From contig CP064972.1 of NCBI GenBank assembly GCA_016699405.1, forward strand, positions 3,464,165 to 3,528,164: 64,000 bases of DNA, written 5' to 3'. Positions 29,381 to 39,401 of this stretch are shown in pieces. Within the stretch, counting starts at the first letter, position 1. Each line of letters starts with the position of its first letter. The notes beneath the pieces are model-generated. The model saw only the letters and a program-made list of their open reading frames with translations, had not been told where the DNA came from and did no database searches. The position numbers and the translations under genes were made by a program. The DNA is from Holophagales bacterium. GTDB lineage: Bacteria; Acidobacteriota; Thermoanaerobaculia; Multivoradales; JAGPDF01.

Positions 29381-30541
29381 ATGACGTCGAACGGGGTCGC
29401 CTCCGCCGACCTCGTCGAGCGGATCAAAGGGTGGACCCGCGACTGTGGTTTCTCCCGGGTCGGGATTGCCACGCTCGAATCCTCGCGGTTCGCCACCGCT
29501 TTCGAGTCCTGGATCGAACGAGGAGACCACGCGGGGATGACCTGGCTCGAGCGGCGCCGGGAGGTCCGCCTGAATCCGCGGCTCCTCCGCGAGTGGGCGC
29601 GCTCGGCGGTCGTCGTGGCGCTTCACTACGACTCGCCGGCGACCGACGAGCCGGGCTCCGGGGGCGACCTCTGGCCGCGCGTCGCCCGGTACGCTCGCGG
29701 GCGCGACTACCACGAGGTCATGGACGAGGGGCTCCGCACCCTGGAGTCGCGACTCCAGGGGTGCGTGCCGGGCATCCGGACCTGGCGCTACGTCGACACC
29801 GGACCGCTCCTCGAACGCGAGCTTGCCAGCCGAGCCGGTCTCGGCGCCTTCGGAAAGCACACGAACCTCCTCCATCCGGAACACGGCTCGTGGTTCCTGC
29901 TCGGCGAGCTCCTCCTGTCGCTCGAGCTGCCGGCCGACGGACCGGTCGCGGAGCCCTGCGGAAGCTGCACGCGCTGTCTGACCGCCTGTCCAACCGGTGC
30001 GCTTCCGGCGCCCTACCGCCTCGACGCCCGCCGCTGCATCAGCTACTGGACGATCGAGCATCGCGGTCCGATTCCGCCGGCGGTCCGCCCGCTGCTCGGC
30101 GACTGGGTCTTCGGCTGTGACCTCTGCCAGGAGGCTTGCCCTTGGAACGCCCCCCACAAGGGAGCACCCGAGGCCGCCTTCCGGCTGCCGGAGGCCCGCG
30201 CCGACCTCGATCTGTCCGACCTCCTGGGCCTTACGGAAGCCCGCTACGCCGAGTTGTTCCGAGGCAGCCCGATGAAGCGCGCTCGCCGCGACGGCTTGCG
30301 CCGGAATGCCGCCACGGCGATGGGGAATCGCCGGGATCCGCGCTATGTCGAGCCCTTGGCTGCCGCCCTGACCGACGAGTCGCCGACCGTGCGGTCGCAT
30401 GCGGCCTGGGCCCTGGGCCGGATCGGCGGGCAGAAGGCGTCCGCCGCGCTCCGGGAAGCCCTCCAGGCGGAGGGCGATTCCGGGGTTCGCGAGGAGCTGA
30501 CCGCCGCCCTCGCCGGCCTCCCCCCGGAAGCACGGATTTGA
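29381..30541 (+). CDS. queG: Epoxyqueuosine reductase.
   Basis: Two 4Fe-4S Cys clusters (CGSCTRCLTACP; CDLCQEACPWN) and C-terminal HEAT-like repeats. Confidence 0.9.
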   Translation: MTSNGVASADLVERIKGWTRDCGFSRVGIATLESSRFATAFESWIERGDHAGMTWLERRREVRLNPRLLREWARSAVVVALHYDSPATDEPGSGGDLWPRVARYARGRDYHEVMDEGLRTLESRLQGCVPGIRTWRYVDTGPLLERELASRAGLGAFGKHTNLLHPEHGSWFLLGELLLSLELPADGPVAEPCGSCTRCLTACPTGALPAPYRLDARRCISYWTIEHRGPIPPAVRPLLGDWVFGCDLCQEACPWNAPHKGAPEAAFRLPEARADLDLSDLLGLTEARYAELFRGSPMKRARRDGLRRNAATAMGNRRDPRYVEPLAAALTDESPTVRSHAAWALGRIGGQKASAALREALQAEGDSGVREELTAALAGLPPEARI

Positions 30542-30567
30542 CAGGGTTTGCCCGCCGTCCCTATACT
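30538..30567 (+). promoter_or_regulatory. Candidate sigma70-type promoter of rpsA (TTGACA-18 nt-TATACT).
   Basis: TTGACA at 30538-30543 and TATACT at 30562-30567, with an 18-nt spacer. This leaves a ~100-nt leader before the rpsA ATG at 30674. Confidence 0.4.
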
Positions 30568-30673
30568 CCCGTCCTCGGGTTCCAGCCGGTTTCCGCCGTC
30601 ATCAGAACCCCCCCACATCATGGGTGAACAGGCCAAGGCCTGAAATCAATCGGTCAAGGAGGAACTGCGGTTT

Positions 30674-32392
30674 ATGGCACAGGGCGGCAACGAGCGTGAC
30701 GCCTCACTGGATGTCGTGGAAGAGGAGGGAGCTCCTCAGGCCCACGAGTACCAGGAGTTTCTTGCCCTCTACGACGAGAGCATGCGCAATCTCACCGAGG
30801 GCGAGATCGTCCGCGGCCGCGTCGTGGCGATCACGGCCAACGACGTCGTCGTCGACGTTGGCTACAAGTCCGAGGGTCTGGTTCCGTTGGAGGAGTTCGC
30901 CGGAATCGACGGCAAGGTCTACGTCAAGGTGGGTGACGACGTCGACGTGCTCCTCGAGAAGACCGAGGACCAGGAAGGCCACGTCCTCCTGTCCCGCAGC
31001 AAGGCCGAGCGGATGCGGGTGTGGAACGACATCGAGAACAGCTTCAAGGAAGGTCGCGTCATCAAGGGACGCGTCATCGACCGCATCAAGGGCGGCCTGA
31101 CCGTCGATGTGGGCGTGCGGGCCTTCCTGCCCGGATCGCTGGCCGACATCAAGCCGGTCAAGAACCTCGAAGCGCTCAAGGGCAAGGAGCTGGAGTTCAA
31201 GGTCATCAGCCTCGACCGGCGGCGCAACAACATCGTCCTTTCCCGCAAGGCCGTGCTCGAGAAGGAGTTCGAGCGCAAGAAGGCCGAGACGCTGGAGCGC
31301 CTGCAGGAAGGCGCGATGCTCAAGGGGACGGTCAAGAACATCACCGACTACGGGGTGTTCGTCGACCTGGGCGGAATCGACGGGCTGCTGCACATCACCG
31401 ACATCTCCTGGGGCCGGGTGAACCACCCGTCCGAGCACTTCAACATCGGCGACGAGGTCGAGGTGGTCGTCCTCAAGTTCGACCGCGACACCGAGCGGGT
31501 CTCGCTGGGTTACAAGCAGCGCGGTGAGGATCCGTGGTCGCTGGTCGACAAGCGCTACCCGGTGGGGGCGCGCGTGCACGGCAAGGTCGTCAGCCTGGTC
31601 GACTACGGCGCCTTCGTCGAGCTCGAAGAGGGCGTCGAGGGGCTGATTCACGTCAGCGAGATGTCGTGGACCAAGAAGGTCGTCAACCCGACGAAGATCC
31701 TCAAGGCCGGCGACGAGATCGACGCGATCGTCACCGAGGTCGACACGGTGCAGCGGCGCATCTCGCTGTCGCTCCGCCAGACCGAGCGCAACCCCTGGGA
31801 AGAGCTGGCGATCAGCCATCCGATCGGCAGCATCGTCGAGGGCAAGGTGCGCAACCTGACCGAGTTCGGCGCCTTCGTCGAGATCACCGAAGAGATCGAC
31901 GGCCTCGTCCACGTCTCCGACATGAGCTGGACGAAGCGCGTCAAGCATCCGAGCGAAGTGCTGCGCAAGGGTGACGCGGTGCGCGCACGCATCATCAACA
32001 TCGACATCGACAACCAGCGCGTGTCGCTCTCGATCAAGGAGTTCATGCCGAACGAGTGGCAGGACTTCGTCGACACGCACCGGGTGGGCGACGTCGTCAC
32101 CGGTCGGGTGGTGAACGTCACCGACTTCGGGCTGTTCATCGACATCTATCAGGGCCTCGAGGGTCTGGCTCACGTCAGCGAGATCGACGTGCCGGGCGGC
32201 AAGCTCGACGACCACTTCGCCATCGGCGACTGGATCCGTGCACGAATCCTGCGCATCGAGCCGGAAGAGAAGAAGGTCGGCCTGACGCTGCGCGGAGTGC
32301 CTCAGCCGAGCGAGGAAGAGGTCGCCGAATTCGAGGCGGCGATGCAGGCGGCGATGGCACCGATCGAGACCCCGGAGGAGACCGAGGGCTGA
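30674..32392 (+). CDS. rpsA: 30S ribosomal protein S1.
   Basis: Six S1 repeats. 572 aa. Lies in the cmk-rpsA-ihfB neighbourhood. Confidence 0.95.
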   Translation: MAQGGNERDASLDVVEEEGAPQAHEYQEFLALYDESMRNLTEGEIVRGRVVAITANDVVVDVGYKSEGLVPLEEFAGIDGKVYVKVGDDVDVLLEKTEDQEGHVLLSRSKAERMRVWNDIENSFKEGRVIKGRVIDRIKGGLTVDVGVRAFLPGSLADIKPVKNLEALKGKELEFKVISLDRRRNNIVLSRKAVLEKEFERKKAETLERLQEGAMLKGTVKNITDYGVFVDLGGIDGLLHITDISWGRVNHPSEHFNIGDEVEVVVLKFDRDTERVSLGYKQRGEDPWSLVDKRYPVGARVHGKVVSLVDYGAFVELEEGVEGLIHVSEMSWTKKVVNPTKILKAGDEIDAIVTEVDTVQRRISLSLRQTERNPWEELAISHPIGSIVEGKVRNLTEFGAFVEITEEIDGLVHVSDMSWTKRVKHPSEVLRKGDAVRARIINIDIDNQRVSLSIKEFMPNEWQDFVDTHRVGDVVTGRVVNVTDFGLFIDIYQGLEGLAHVSEIDVPGGKLDDHFAIGDWIRARILRIEPEEKKVGLTLRGVPQPSEEEVAEFEAAMQAAMAPIETPEETEG

Positions 32393-32480
32393 CGCGCCCT
32401 CGGCGTCCCGTCCGAGTAGCAAACCCGAAGCGACTGCAGCTGTCCGGGCAGGGAGAGCCAGCGTGCTGACAAGTGAAGGC

Positions 32481-32762
32481 ATGACCAAGGCGGACCTTGT
32501 CGAAGAAGTGGCGCGAGCCACACAGCTGAGCAAGAAGCAGGCGGAGCTCGTCGTCCACACCTTTTTCGAGACGATCGTCGATTCGTTGCGAGAGGGCGAG
32601 AAGGTCGAGCTTCGCGGCTTCGGGAGTTTCCGGATCCGCCAACGCGGCTCCCGCCTGGGGAGGAATCCCAAGACGGGAGACCGCGTTCAGGTCCCGCCGA
32701 AACAGATCCCGTACTTCAAGCCGGGCAAGGAGTTGCGAGCCATCCTGAACGGCAGCTCCTGA
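32481..32762 (+). CDS. ihfB: HU/IHF-family DNA-binding protein, probably integration host factor beta.
   Basis: MTKADLVEEVA...GEKVELRGFGSFRIRQRGSRLGRNPKTGDRVQVPPKQIPYFKPGKEL. This is a classic IHF/HU arm and sits in the conserved position after rpsA. Confidence 0.7.
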   Translation: MTKADLVEEVARATQLSKKQAELVVHTFFETIVDSLREGEKVELRGFGSFRIRQRGSRLGRNPKTGDRVQVPPKQIPYFKPGKELRAILNGSS

Positions 32763-32779
32763 GCGGGGTTGTCGTCGGC

Positions 32780-33274
32780 ATGCGGACTCTTTTCACCCCC
32801 TGGAGGTACGCCTACATCACCAGGACCTCGCCCGAGCCCGGCTGCTTCTTCTGCGCCGCGGCCCATACCCCTGACGAGGATGCCGAACGGCTGGTGGTGG
32901 CGCGCGGCCGGCATCATCTGCTGATGCTCAACCGCCATCCGTATTCGAACGGGCATCTCATGGTGGCACCCTTCGCTCACCTCTCGACGCTGCGCGATGC
33001 CGGCGAGGAGGTCCAGCGGGAGCTCTGGCCCTTGGTTCTGAAGGCCCAGTCGGCGCTCGAGCGCGCCTATCGTCCCCACGGCTTCAACCTGGGGATGAAT
33101 CTCGGGACCTGCGCTGGCGCCGGAGTTCCCGGGCACTATCATTTCCACGTCGTGCCGCGCTGGAACGGCGACACCAATTTCATGACGGTCCTGGCCGACA
33201 CGCGTCTGGTGCCGGAAGACCTCGAGACGGCACGAGAACGGCTTCGGCAGTTGCTGGAGGAGGAGGCTTCTTGA
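32780..33274 (+). CDS. HIT-family (histidine triad) hydrolase.
   Basis: HxHxHxx motif (GHYHFHVVPR). 164 aa. Confidence 0.85.
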   Translation: MRTLFTPWRYAYITRTSPEPGCFFCAAAHTPDEDAERLVVARGRHHLLMLNRHPYSNGHLMVAPFAHLSTLRDAGEEVQRELWPLVLKAQSALERAYRPHGFNLGMNLGTCAGAGVPGHYHFHVVPRWNGDTNFMTVLADTRLVPEDLETARERLRQLLEEEAS

Positions 33275-33669
33275 ACGACGACTCACGACCCGGTGGAGGA
33301 GTGTCGATACCCGCGCCGGTGCTTCTGGTCCTCGCGTGGCTTGTTCCCGGTTCGGGGCACTTCCTGCTGGGACGGCGCGCTCGTGGGGCGGCCTTCTTCC
33401 TCCTGGTGCTCTTCTCCGCGGCCGTCGGCGCATCGCTGCACGGCCATCTCTTCCGGCAGGAAGCGGGCCAGCCGTTGGCCACGCTCGGCATGCTCGCTTC
33501 GATGGGCTCCGGGGTCGTCGACTTCGGGCTCCGCTACGTCCTGAGCTACATGGGCCAGCCGGAGGCCGCCGGTCACGAATACGGCACGGCCTTCCTTCTG
33601 ACGGCCGGCCTCATGAATCTGCTCCTCCTTCTCGACGTTCACGACCTCGCCACCGGCAGGAAGGAGTAG
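33271..33669 (+). CDS. Hypothetical membrane protein.
   Basis: 132 aa with three predicted TM helices. It overlaps the HIT gene stop. No recognisable domain. Confidence 0.45.
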   Translation: MNDDSRPGGGVSIPAPVLLVLAWLVPGSGHFLLGRRARGAAFFLLVLFSAAVGASLHGHLFRQEAGQPLATLGMLASMGSGVVDFGLRYVLSYMGQPEAAGHEYGTAFLLTAGLMNLLLLLDVHDLATGRKE

Positions 33670-33674
33670 CGACG

Positions 33675-33869
33675 ATGGTCAGCCACCTCCTCCTCATGAC
33701 GGTCTATGCCCTCGAAGTGGCCATCTTCTTCGCGCTTCTGTGGCGGCGCGGGCGACGCGAACAGGGCCTCCTGTTCCTGCAGATCTTCTTCGGCCTGATG
33801 GTGGGCGGCCTCGCTCTCGGGTGGCTGATGTACGCGTTTCCCACGGCGCCGGCCATCCCGTTTCCATGA
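33675..33869 (+). CDS. Hypothetical small membrane protein (64 aa).
   Basis: Two hydrophobic helices. Its stop overlaps the lpxB start (ATGA). The call is weak. Confidence 0.3.
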   Translation: MVSHLLLMTVYALEVAIFFALLWRRGRREQGLLFLQIFFGLMVGGLALGWLMYAFPTAPAIPFP

Positions 33870-35011
33870 CGCGAAACCGGCTGTTGGTGGTCGCCGGTGA
33901 AGCCTCCGGTGACCAGCGCGCCGCGCGCCTGGTCACCGAGCTCGGCGCGCGACGGCCAGGGCTCGAGGTGTTCGGTCTCGGAGGAGACGACCTGATTGCG
34001 GCCGGGTGCCGAATCGTCGCTCACAGTCGCGAGATCGCAGTCGTCGGCATCTCCGAAGCTCTGCGGGTGCTCCCACGGGCCCGGGAGATCTTCGCCGGAC
34101 TGCTCGACGAGGTCGACCGGGACCCGCCGCTGGCGGCCGTGCTCGTCGATTCCCCGGAGTTCAACCTCCGTCTGGCTGCACAGCTCGCACGCCGTGACAT
34201 CCCGGTCGTCTACTACGTAAGCCCTCAAGTGTGGGCTTGGCGGCGAGGCCGGGTCCGCAAGATCGCCAGCAGCGTCGACCTCATGCTCGTCTTGTTCGAC
34301 TTCGAGGAGACCTTTTTCCGCGAGCGCGGCATCGATGCCGTGCATGTCGGTCATCCGCTGGTCGACGAGGTGCCGGTGCTCGAGCAGGCCTGGGACCGGG
34401 ACGGCGCATCGTTCCGTGGACCCTTCCGCATTTCTTTGCTGCCGGGATCGCGGCGCAGCGAGATCGAGCATCTCCTCCCGTCGATGCTGGATGCAGCGCA
34501 GCGCCTGGTGCAGGTTCTCCCCGTCGAACCGCGGATCATCGTGGCACCGACCGTCCCGCGGTCCTTGGTGGAGAAGCACATGGAGCGAGCCGGCGCCACG
34601 TTCGAGCTCGTCGAGCGGGGACGATTCGAAGCGATCGCCGACAGCCATCTGGCGATCTGCGCATCCGGCACCGCGACTCTCGAGGTCGGCCTCCTCGGCA
34701 CACCGATGGTCGTCGCCTATCGTTTGACACCGATTTCCTACCTGCTGGCCCGCGCGCTCGTCCGCCTGCCGCACTTCAGCCTGGTGAACCTCGTCCTCGG
34801 TCGCGGAGTCGTTCCTGAGCTTCTTCAGCGCCAAGCCGCCGGGCCTGCTCTGGCCAAGGCGGTGGCCGGGTTGCTCGGCGATCCCGCGCGAATCACCGCC
34901 ATGCGAGCCGATTTGGCGACGCTGCGGTCGCGACTCGGGGCGCCGGGTGCCAGCCGGCGTGCCGCCGAGCAGGTCGAGTCACTCCTGGCGCGCCTCGAGG
35001 TCCCCGCATGA
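33866..35011 (+). CDS. lpxB: Lipid-A-disaccharide synthase.
   Basis: LpxB N-terminus (VVAGEASGDQRAARLVTEL) and a GT-B fold. Start set at ATG 33866. Confidence 0.9.
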   Translation: MTRNRLLVVAGEASGDQRAARLVTELGARRPGLEVFGLGGDDLIAAGCRIVAHSREIAVVGISEALRVLPRAREIFAGLLDEVDRDPPLAAVLVDSPEFNLRLAAQLARRDIPVVYYVSPQVWAWRRGRVRKIASSVDLMLVLFDFEETFFRERGIDAVHVGHPLVDEVPVLEQAWDRDGASFRGPFRISLLPGSRRSEIEHLLPSMLDAAQRLVQVLPVEPRIIVAPTVPRSLVEKHMERAGATFELVERGRFEAIADSHLAICASGTATLEVGLLGTPMVVAYRLTPISYLLARALVRLPHFSLVNLVLGRGVVPELLQRQAAGPALAKAVAGLLGDPARITAMRADLATLRSRLGAPGASRRAAEQVESLLARLEVPA

Positions 35012-36885
35012 GCCTCGGTCGCTTCCTGCTGAAGTACTTCGGGCGCTACGCCGCCTGGGCCGTCGTCGCCGTCCTTGCGACCCTCGTCTTCGCCGCCTCC
35101 AGCGTCTGTGCGGTCTATCTCGTCAAGCCGATCTTCGGTGACGTCTTGATGGACAAGGACGCCATCCCGAAGGAGCTGGCGACGGACAGCGCGACCCAGC
35201 CCACCGAGCATCGCGAGGGGGCGGCGGCCGCCGCAGCACGGGCCAAGGATGCGCTGAAGAGCAGCGTCGACAAGGCCTACCACGGGCTGCGTGAGCGGCT
35301 GGGAATCGGTCCGGCCGAGGTCGTCTATTTCGTCCCGCTGCTCTTCGTCTTCGTCTTCGTGCTTCGTGCCGTCGCGGACTTCGTCAACGGCTACGCGTTC
35401 CAGGAACTGGGTCTTGGCGGAACGACGGCGATGCGGAACGACCTCTTCCGCAAGGTACTCGATCAATCGAGTCGCTTCCACGCCAGTCATCCGACCGGCG
35501 AGCTGGTCAGCCGCATCGTCAGCGACGTGGCGGTGGTCCAGTCGGCGATCGCCAACCGAATGGTCGATCTCTTCCAGCAGTCGGTGACACTCGTCGCCCT
35601 GCTCGCGCTGCTGATCTCGACCAACCCGCGGCTGGCGTTCATCTGCCTCGTCGCCACGCCCGCCGTCGTCTATCCCATCGTGCGTTTCGGCAAGGGGATG
35701 AGACGCACCACGCATCGCAGCCAGGAGCGGATGGCCGACCTCGCCAACCTCGTGTCGGAGGCGGTGCGCGGTCATCGCGTCGTCAAGGCCTTCGGCATGG
35801 AGAGCTTCGAGGAGGCCCGGTTCGAGGCGGCGACGCGACGCCACCTCCGCGTCAACCTCAAAGGGCAGCTCCTCGCCAATCTGGCGAGCCCGGTCGTCGA
35901 GTCGGTCGCCGTGGTGGGCGGCGCCGGCTTCCTGATCTGGGCCGGGATCTCGATCCGCAACGGCCAGATGTCGCCCGCCGACGTCGTCCAGTTCCTGTTC
36001 AACCTGGTGGCGCTCTACGACCCGATCCGCAAGTTGAACAAAGTGAACCTCATCGTCCAGCAGTCGGTCGCCGCGATCCAGCGGATCCGCGGACTGATGG
36101 AGTTGCCCGTCGACGTCGTGGACCGCCCGGAGGCGCGGCCGGCGACGTCCTTCAGCCGCGAAATCGCCTTTGCCGACGTGCACTTTCGCTACGAGACCGG
36201 CGACGAAGTCCTGCGGGGCATTGACCTGACGATTCGCCGCGGCGAGGTCGTCGCCCTCGTCGGCCCGTCCGGCGCCGGCAAGTCGACGATGGCCAACCTG
36301 CTGCCGCGGTTCTTCGACGTGACGGGCGGACAGGTGCAGCTCGACGGGGTCGACATCCGCGATCTCACGCTGGCAAGCCTGCGCTCCCAGATCGGCCTGG
36401 TCACCCAGGAGACCTTCCTCTTCGACGACACGGTGCGCAACAACATCGCCTACGGGCGCGCGGGAGAGCTCCCGCTCGATCGCGTGCGAGAGGCGGCCGC
36501 GGCAGCCTACGCCGACGAGTTCATCCTCGAGCTGCCGCAGGGGTACGACACCCCGATCGGTGAGGCGGGCCACCGGTTGTCCGGCGGACAGAGGCAGCGC
36601 CTGGCGATCGCCCGGGCGCTGCTCAAGGACGCACCGATTCTCATCCTCGACGAGGCGACCTCGCAGCTCGACGTCGAGTCCGAAGCCTGGGTCCAGAAAG
36701 CTCTCTTCAACCTGATGCAGGGCCGCACGACGCTGGTGATCGCCCACCGACTGTCGACGATTCAACGAGCGGATCGGATCGTCGTCCTGGAGAACGGGCG
36801 GATCGTCGAGACGGGAACCCACGACGAGCTTCTCGGTCAAGCCGGGGTCTACCGACGCCTCCACGAGTTGCAGTTCCAGGGATGA
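35008..36885 (+). CDS. msbA: Lipid A export ABC transporter, fused permease and ATPase.
   Basis: Six-TM ABC exporter domain plus an NBD ([36 protein letters not shown]). Immediately downstream of lpxB. Confidence 0.85.
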   Translation: MSLGRFLLKYFGRYAAWAVVAVLATLVFAASSVCAVYLVKPIFGDVLMDKDAIPKELATDSATQPTEHREGAAAAAARAKDALKSSVDKAYHGLRERLGIGPAEVVYFVPLLFVFVFVLRAVADFVNGYAFQELGLGGTTAMRNDLFRKVLDQSSRFHASHPTGELVSRIVSDVAVVQSAIANRMVDLFQQSVTLVALLALLISTNPRLAFICLVATPAVVYPIVRFGKGMRRTTHRSQERMADLANLVSEAVRGHRVVKAFGMESFEEARFEAATRRHLRVNLKGQLLANLASPVVESVAVVGGAGFLIWAGISIRNGQMSPADVVQFLFNLVALYDPIRKLNKVNLIVQQSVAAIQRIRGLMELPVDVVDRPEARPATSFSREIAFADVHFRYETGDEVLRGIDLTIRRGEVVALVGPSGAGKSTMANLLPRFFDVTGGQVQLDGVDIRDLTLASLRSQIGLVTQETFLFDDTVRNNIAYGRAGELPLDRVREAAAAAYADEFILELPQGYDTPIGEAGHRLSGGQRQRLAIARALLKDAPILILDEATSQLDVESEAWVQKALFNLMQGRTTLVIAHRLSTIQRADRIVVLENGRIVETGTHDELLGQAGVYRRLHELQFQG

Positions 36886-37553
36886 ACCGGGAAGCGGAGC
36901 CGACCAGCGGAGGGCCGATGGCCGCCCTCGTCGCGTGGGCTGCCGCCTGGTTCATCCGGGCTCTGCGCTGCACGGTCCGCCTCCGCTTCCACGAGGACGG
37001 GGAGCTCCGCCGGCTCGAAGATCACGACGAACGGTTCATCCTGGCTTTCTGGCACCGGCACCTGCTCCTCATGCCCTACGCTTACCGCGGTCGTGGGATC
37101 AGCGTCCTGATCAGCCGGAGCCGCGATGGCGAGCTCATCGCGCGGACCGTTGCGCATTTCGGCATCGACTCGTGTCGCGGCTCTTCGAGCCGGGGAGGCG
37201 CAGCGGGATTGCGCGACCTGCTTCGTCGTGCTCGGTCGGGGTCCGATCTCGCGTTCACTCCCGACGGACCACGCGGCCCGGTCGGAGTCGTGCAGCCGGG
37301 CGTAATTGCCGCGGCGGCCGCAACCGGCTGGCCAATCGTGCCGATCGCCATGGCCGCGTCGCGCTGTCGACGCCTGCGCAGCTGGGATCGCTTCGTGGTT
37401 CCGCTCCCGGGGGCGCGGGTTCAATTCGTGGTGGGGGAGGCCCTGGCGGTCGGGCGAGGGGACGATCCGGAGATCGCGGCGCTCGAGCTGGCGCGTCGCC
37501 TGGACGGAGCCGAGGAGCGAGCCGCCAGGTTCGCAGGAGGGAAATCCTCATGA
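36882..37553 (+). CDS. DUF374-family protein (lysophospholipid-acyltransferase-like, commonly linked to Kdo/lipid A genes).
   Basis: ~220 aa with a FWHRHLL...SRSRDGE pattern typical of DUF374. Positioned between msbA and yicC. Confidence 0.65.
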   Translation: MNREAEPTSGGPMAALVAWAAAWFIRALRCTVRLRFHEDGELRRLEDHDERFILAFWHRHLLLMPYAYRGRGISVLISRSRDGELIARTVAHFGIDSCRGSSSRGGAAGLRDLLRRARSGSDLAFTPDGPRGPVGVVQPGVIAAAAATGWPIVPIAMAASRCRRLRSWDRFVVPLPGARVQFVVGEALAVGRGDDPEIAALELARRLDGAEERAARFAGGKSS

Positions 37554-38431
37554 AGAGCATGACCGGGTCGGGTACCGGCGAGGGCACGACGCCGAAGGCG
37601 CGAGTTTCGGCGAAGGTGTCGAGCGTCAATCACCGGTTCCTCGACGTGCAGCTTCGCCTGCCCGAGGCGCTCTCCGGGCTCGAGCCTGCGGTACGCGAGG
37701 CCGTAGCGAGCCGTGTGACCCGCGGGAGATTGGAGATTCAGGTCCGGGTCGATTCCACGGACGACGCCGCGCTCACCCTGCAAGTCGACCGCTCGGCCGT
37801 CCGCGCCCTTCGCCGGGAGCTCATCGATCTCGCGTCGGAAGGGCTGATCGACGACGCCCGACTCGAAGCCCGTGACCTGCTGCGAGTGTCCCACCTGCTG
37901 CGCTTCGCCAGCGACGACGGTGGAACGGACGATTCCTTGCTCGCCGTCGCCCAGTCGGCGATCGGTCAGGCGCTCGACCAGCTGTCCGCGGCGCGCGAAC
38001 GCGAGGGCTCGCGTGTCGGCGAGGCGATCGCCGAACGGATCGTCGTCTTCCGGTCGCTCGTCGCGCGGGTCGCGGAACGTCGCGAGACGTTGCGCAGCGA
38101 GCTGCTCGGCAACTTGCGACGCCGGCTCGAGGTGCTGCTCGACGGACGCGAGGTGCCGGAAGATCGGCTCGCGGTCGAGATCGCCATCCTCGCCGATCGC
38201 GCCGACGTCTCCGAGGAGATCGATCGACTCCAGGCGCACCTGGACCACTTCGTCGAGCTGATGGCGGCGGACGGCGCCGTCGGCAAGCGGCTCGACTTCC
38301 TCTGCCAGGAGCTGCTGCGCGAAGTCAACACGCTCGGCTCGAAGTGCCGCGATGCCGCGACGACGCGCGAAGTGCTCGAAGCCAAGCAACTCTGCGAGCA
38401 GATTCGCGAACAGGTTCAGAACGTCGAATGA
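37550..38431 (+). CDS. yicC: YicC-family stress-induced protein.
   Basis: MTGSG...VNHRFLDVQLRLPE at the N-terminus, and C-terminal EEIDRLQAHLDHF...KRLDFLCQELLREVNTLGSK. Conserved upstream of gmk. Confidence 0.85.
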   Translation: MKSMTGSGTGEGTTPKARVSAKVSSVNHRFLDVQLRLPEALSGLEPAVREAVASRVTRGRLEIQVRVDSTDDAALTLQVDRSAVRALRRELIDLASEGLIDDARLEARDLLRVSHLLRFASDDGGTDDSLLAVAQSAIGQALDQLSAAREREGSRVGEAIAERIVVFRSLVARVAERRETLRSELLGNLRRRLEVLLDGREVPEDRLAVEIAILADRADVSEEIDRLQAHLDHFVELMAADGAVGKRLDFLCQELLREVNTLGSKCRDAATTREVLEAKQLCEQIREQVQNVE

Positions 38432-38459
38432 CCCAGACCAGCGCACCCGGAGCCTAGTG

Positions 38460-39107
38460 ATGCCGCGAGGTGATCTGTTCCTCATCTCCGCCCCCTCGGG
38501 GGGTGGCAAGACGACCCTGATGAAGGCGCTCGAGGAGAAACTGGGAGCCGCCTCCAACCTCGCGTTCGTGGTCAGCCACACGACGAGAAGACCGCGGGCC
38601 GGCGAGCTGCCCGGGGTCGACTACCACTTCGTGGACGACCAGACCTTCGATCGGATGCTGGAGGACGGGGAGTTTCTCGAGTGGGCTCCGGTTCACGGCC
38701 ACCGATACGGTACCGCGGCCATGGAAGTCGTTCCGCTGCTCGAACGTGGACTCGATGTCATCCATGACCTCGACGTCCAGGGGACCGAGCGCCTCGTCCA
38801 GTCCTTGCCGGAGGCGCATACGGTCTTCGTCCTCCCCCCGAGCTATGCGGAGCTTGCGCGACGACTGTCAGCGCGGGCGGCCGACCCGCCAGCGGAAATC
38901 CTCGTCCGGCTTGGCGTATCTCTCTCAGAAATCGAACGTTACGAGCGATACGACTATGTTATTATCAACCGCGATCTGGCCACGGCCGTCGAGGCCCTGG
39001 TGGGGATCGTGTTGGAAAAGCGTCACCGGCGGGTGCGGATGCGCGAGGCGGCCGAGTCCATCCTTGCGGATTTCCGTGCCAAGCTGCGGAGCGATTCCGC
39101 GGGTTGA
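38460..39107 (+). CDS. gmk: Guanylate kinase.
   Basis: P-loop SAPSGGGKTTL, followed by VSHTTRRPRAGE...DYHFV. Confidence 0.9.
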   Translation: MPRGDLFLISAPSGGGKTTLMKALEEKLGAASNLAFVVSHTTRRPRAGELPGVDYHFVDDQTFDRMLEDGEFLEWAPVHGHRYGTAAMEVVPLLERGLDVIHDLDVQGTERLVQSLPEAHTVFVLPPSYAELARRLSARAADPPAEILVRLGVSLSEIERYERYDYVIINRDLATAVEALVGIVLEKRHRRVRMREAAESILADFRAKLRSDSAG

Positions 39108-39137
39108 CCCGACCGCATTCCCGAAGCCGAGGAGCCG

Positions 39138-39377
39138 ATGGATCGAATTCCCGAGCGTATCGACAGCACTTTCCGTTTCGTCCTTCTGGCCGCACGGCGC
39201 GCCGAGCAGTTGATCCAGGGGGCGCCGGCCAAGGTGGAGCAGACCCACGCGAAGCCGACGAGGGTCGCCGTGCAGGAGATCCAGCGGGATCTCGTCTCCT
39301 GGGACTACGGTCCGCCGCCGGTCGAAGAGGTGCCGCCCTCCGAGGCACCTTCCGCCGAACCGCCCGCCGAGATCTGA
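39138..39377 (+). CDS. rpoZ: DNA-directed RNA polymerase subunit omega.
   Basis: FRFVLLAARRAEQLIQG is a canonical omega motif. Conserved gmk-rpoZ adjacency. Confidence 0.85.
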   Translation: MDRIPERIDSTFRFVLLAARRAEQLIQGAPAKVEQTHAKPTRVAVQEIQRDLVSWDYGPPPVEEVPPSEAPSAEPPAEI

Positions 39378-39401
39378 TTCCGCGACCCGAGGCTCCGGCA
39401 C

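Noticed and set aside
30704-32671. 655-aa minus-strand ORF.
   Set aside because: Antisense to rpsA (six S1 domains on the plus strand).
34825-36864. 679-aa minus-strand ORF.
   Set aside because: Antisense to msbA.
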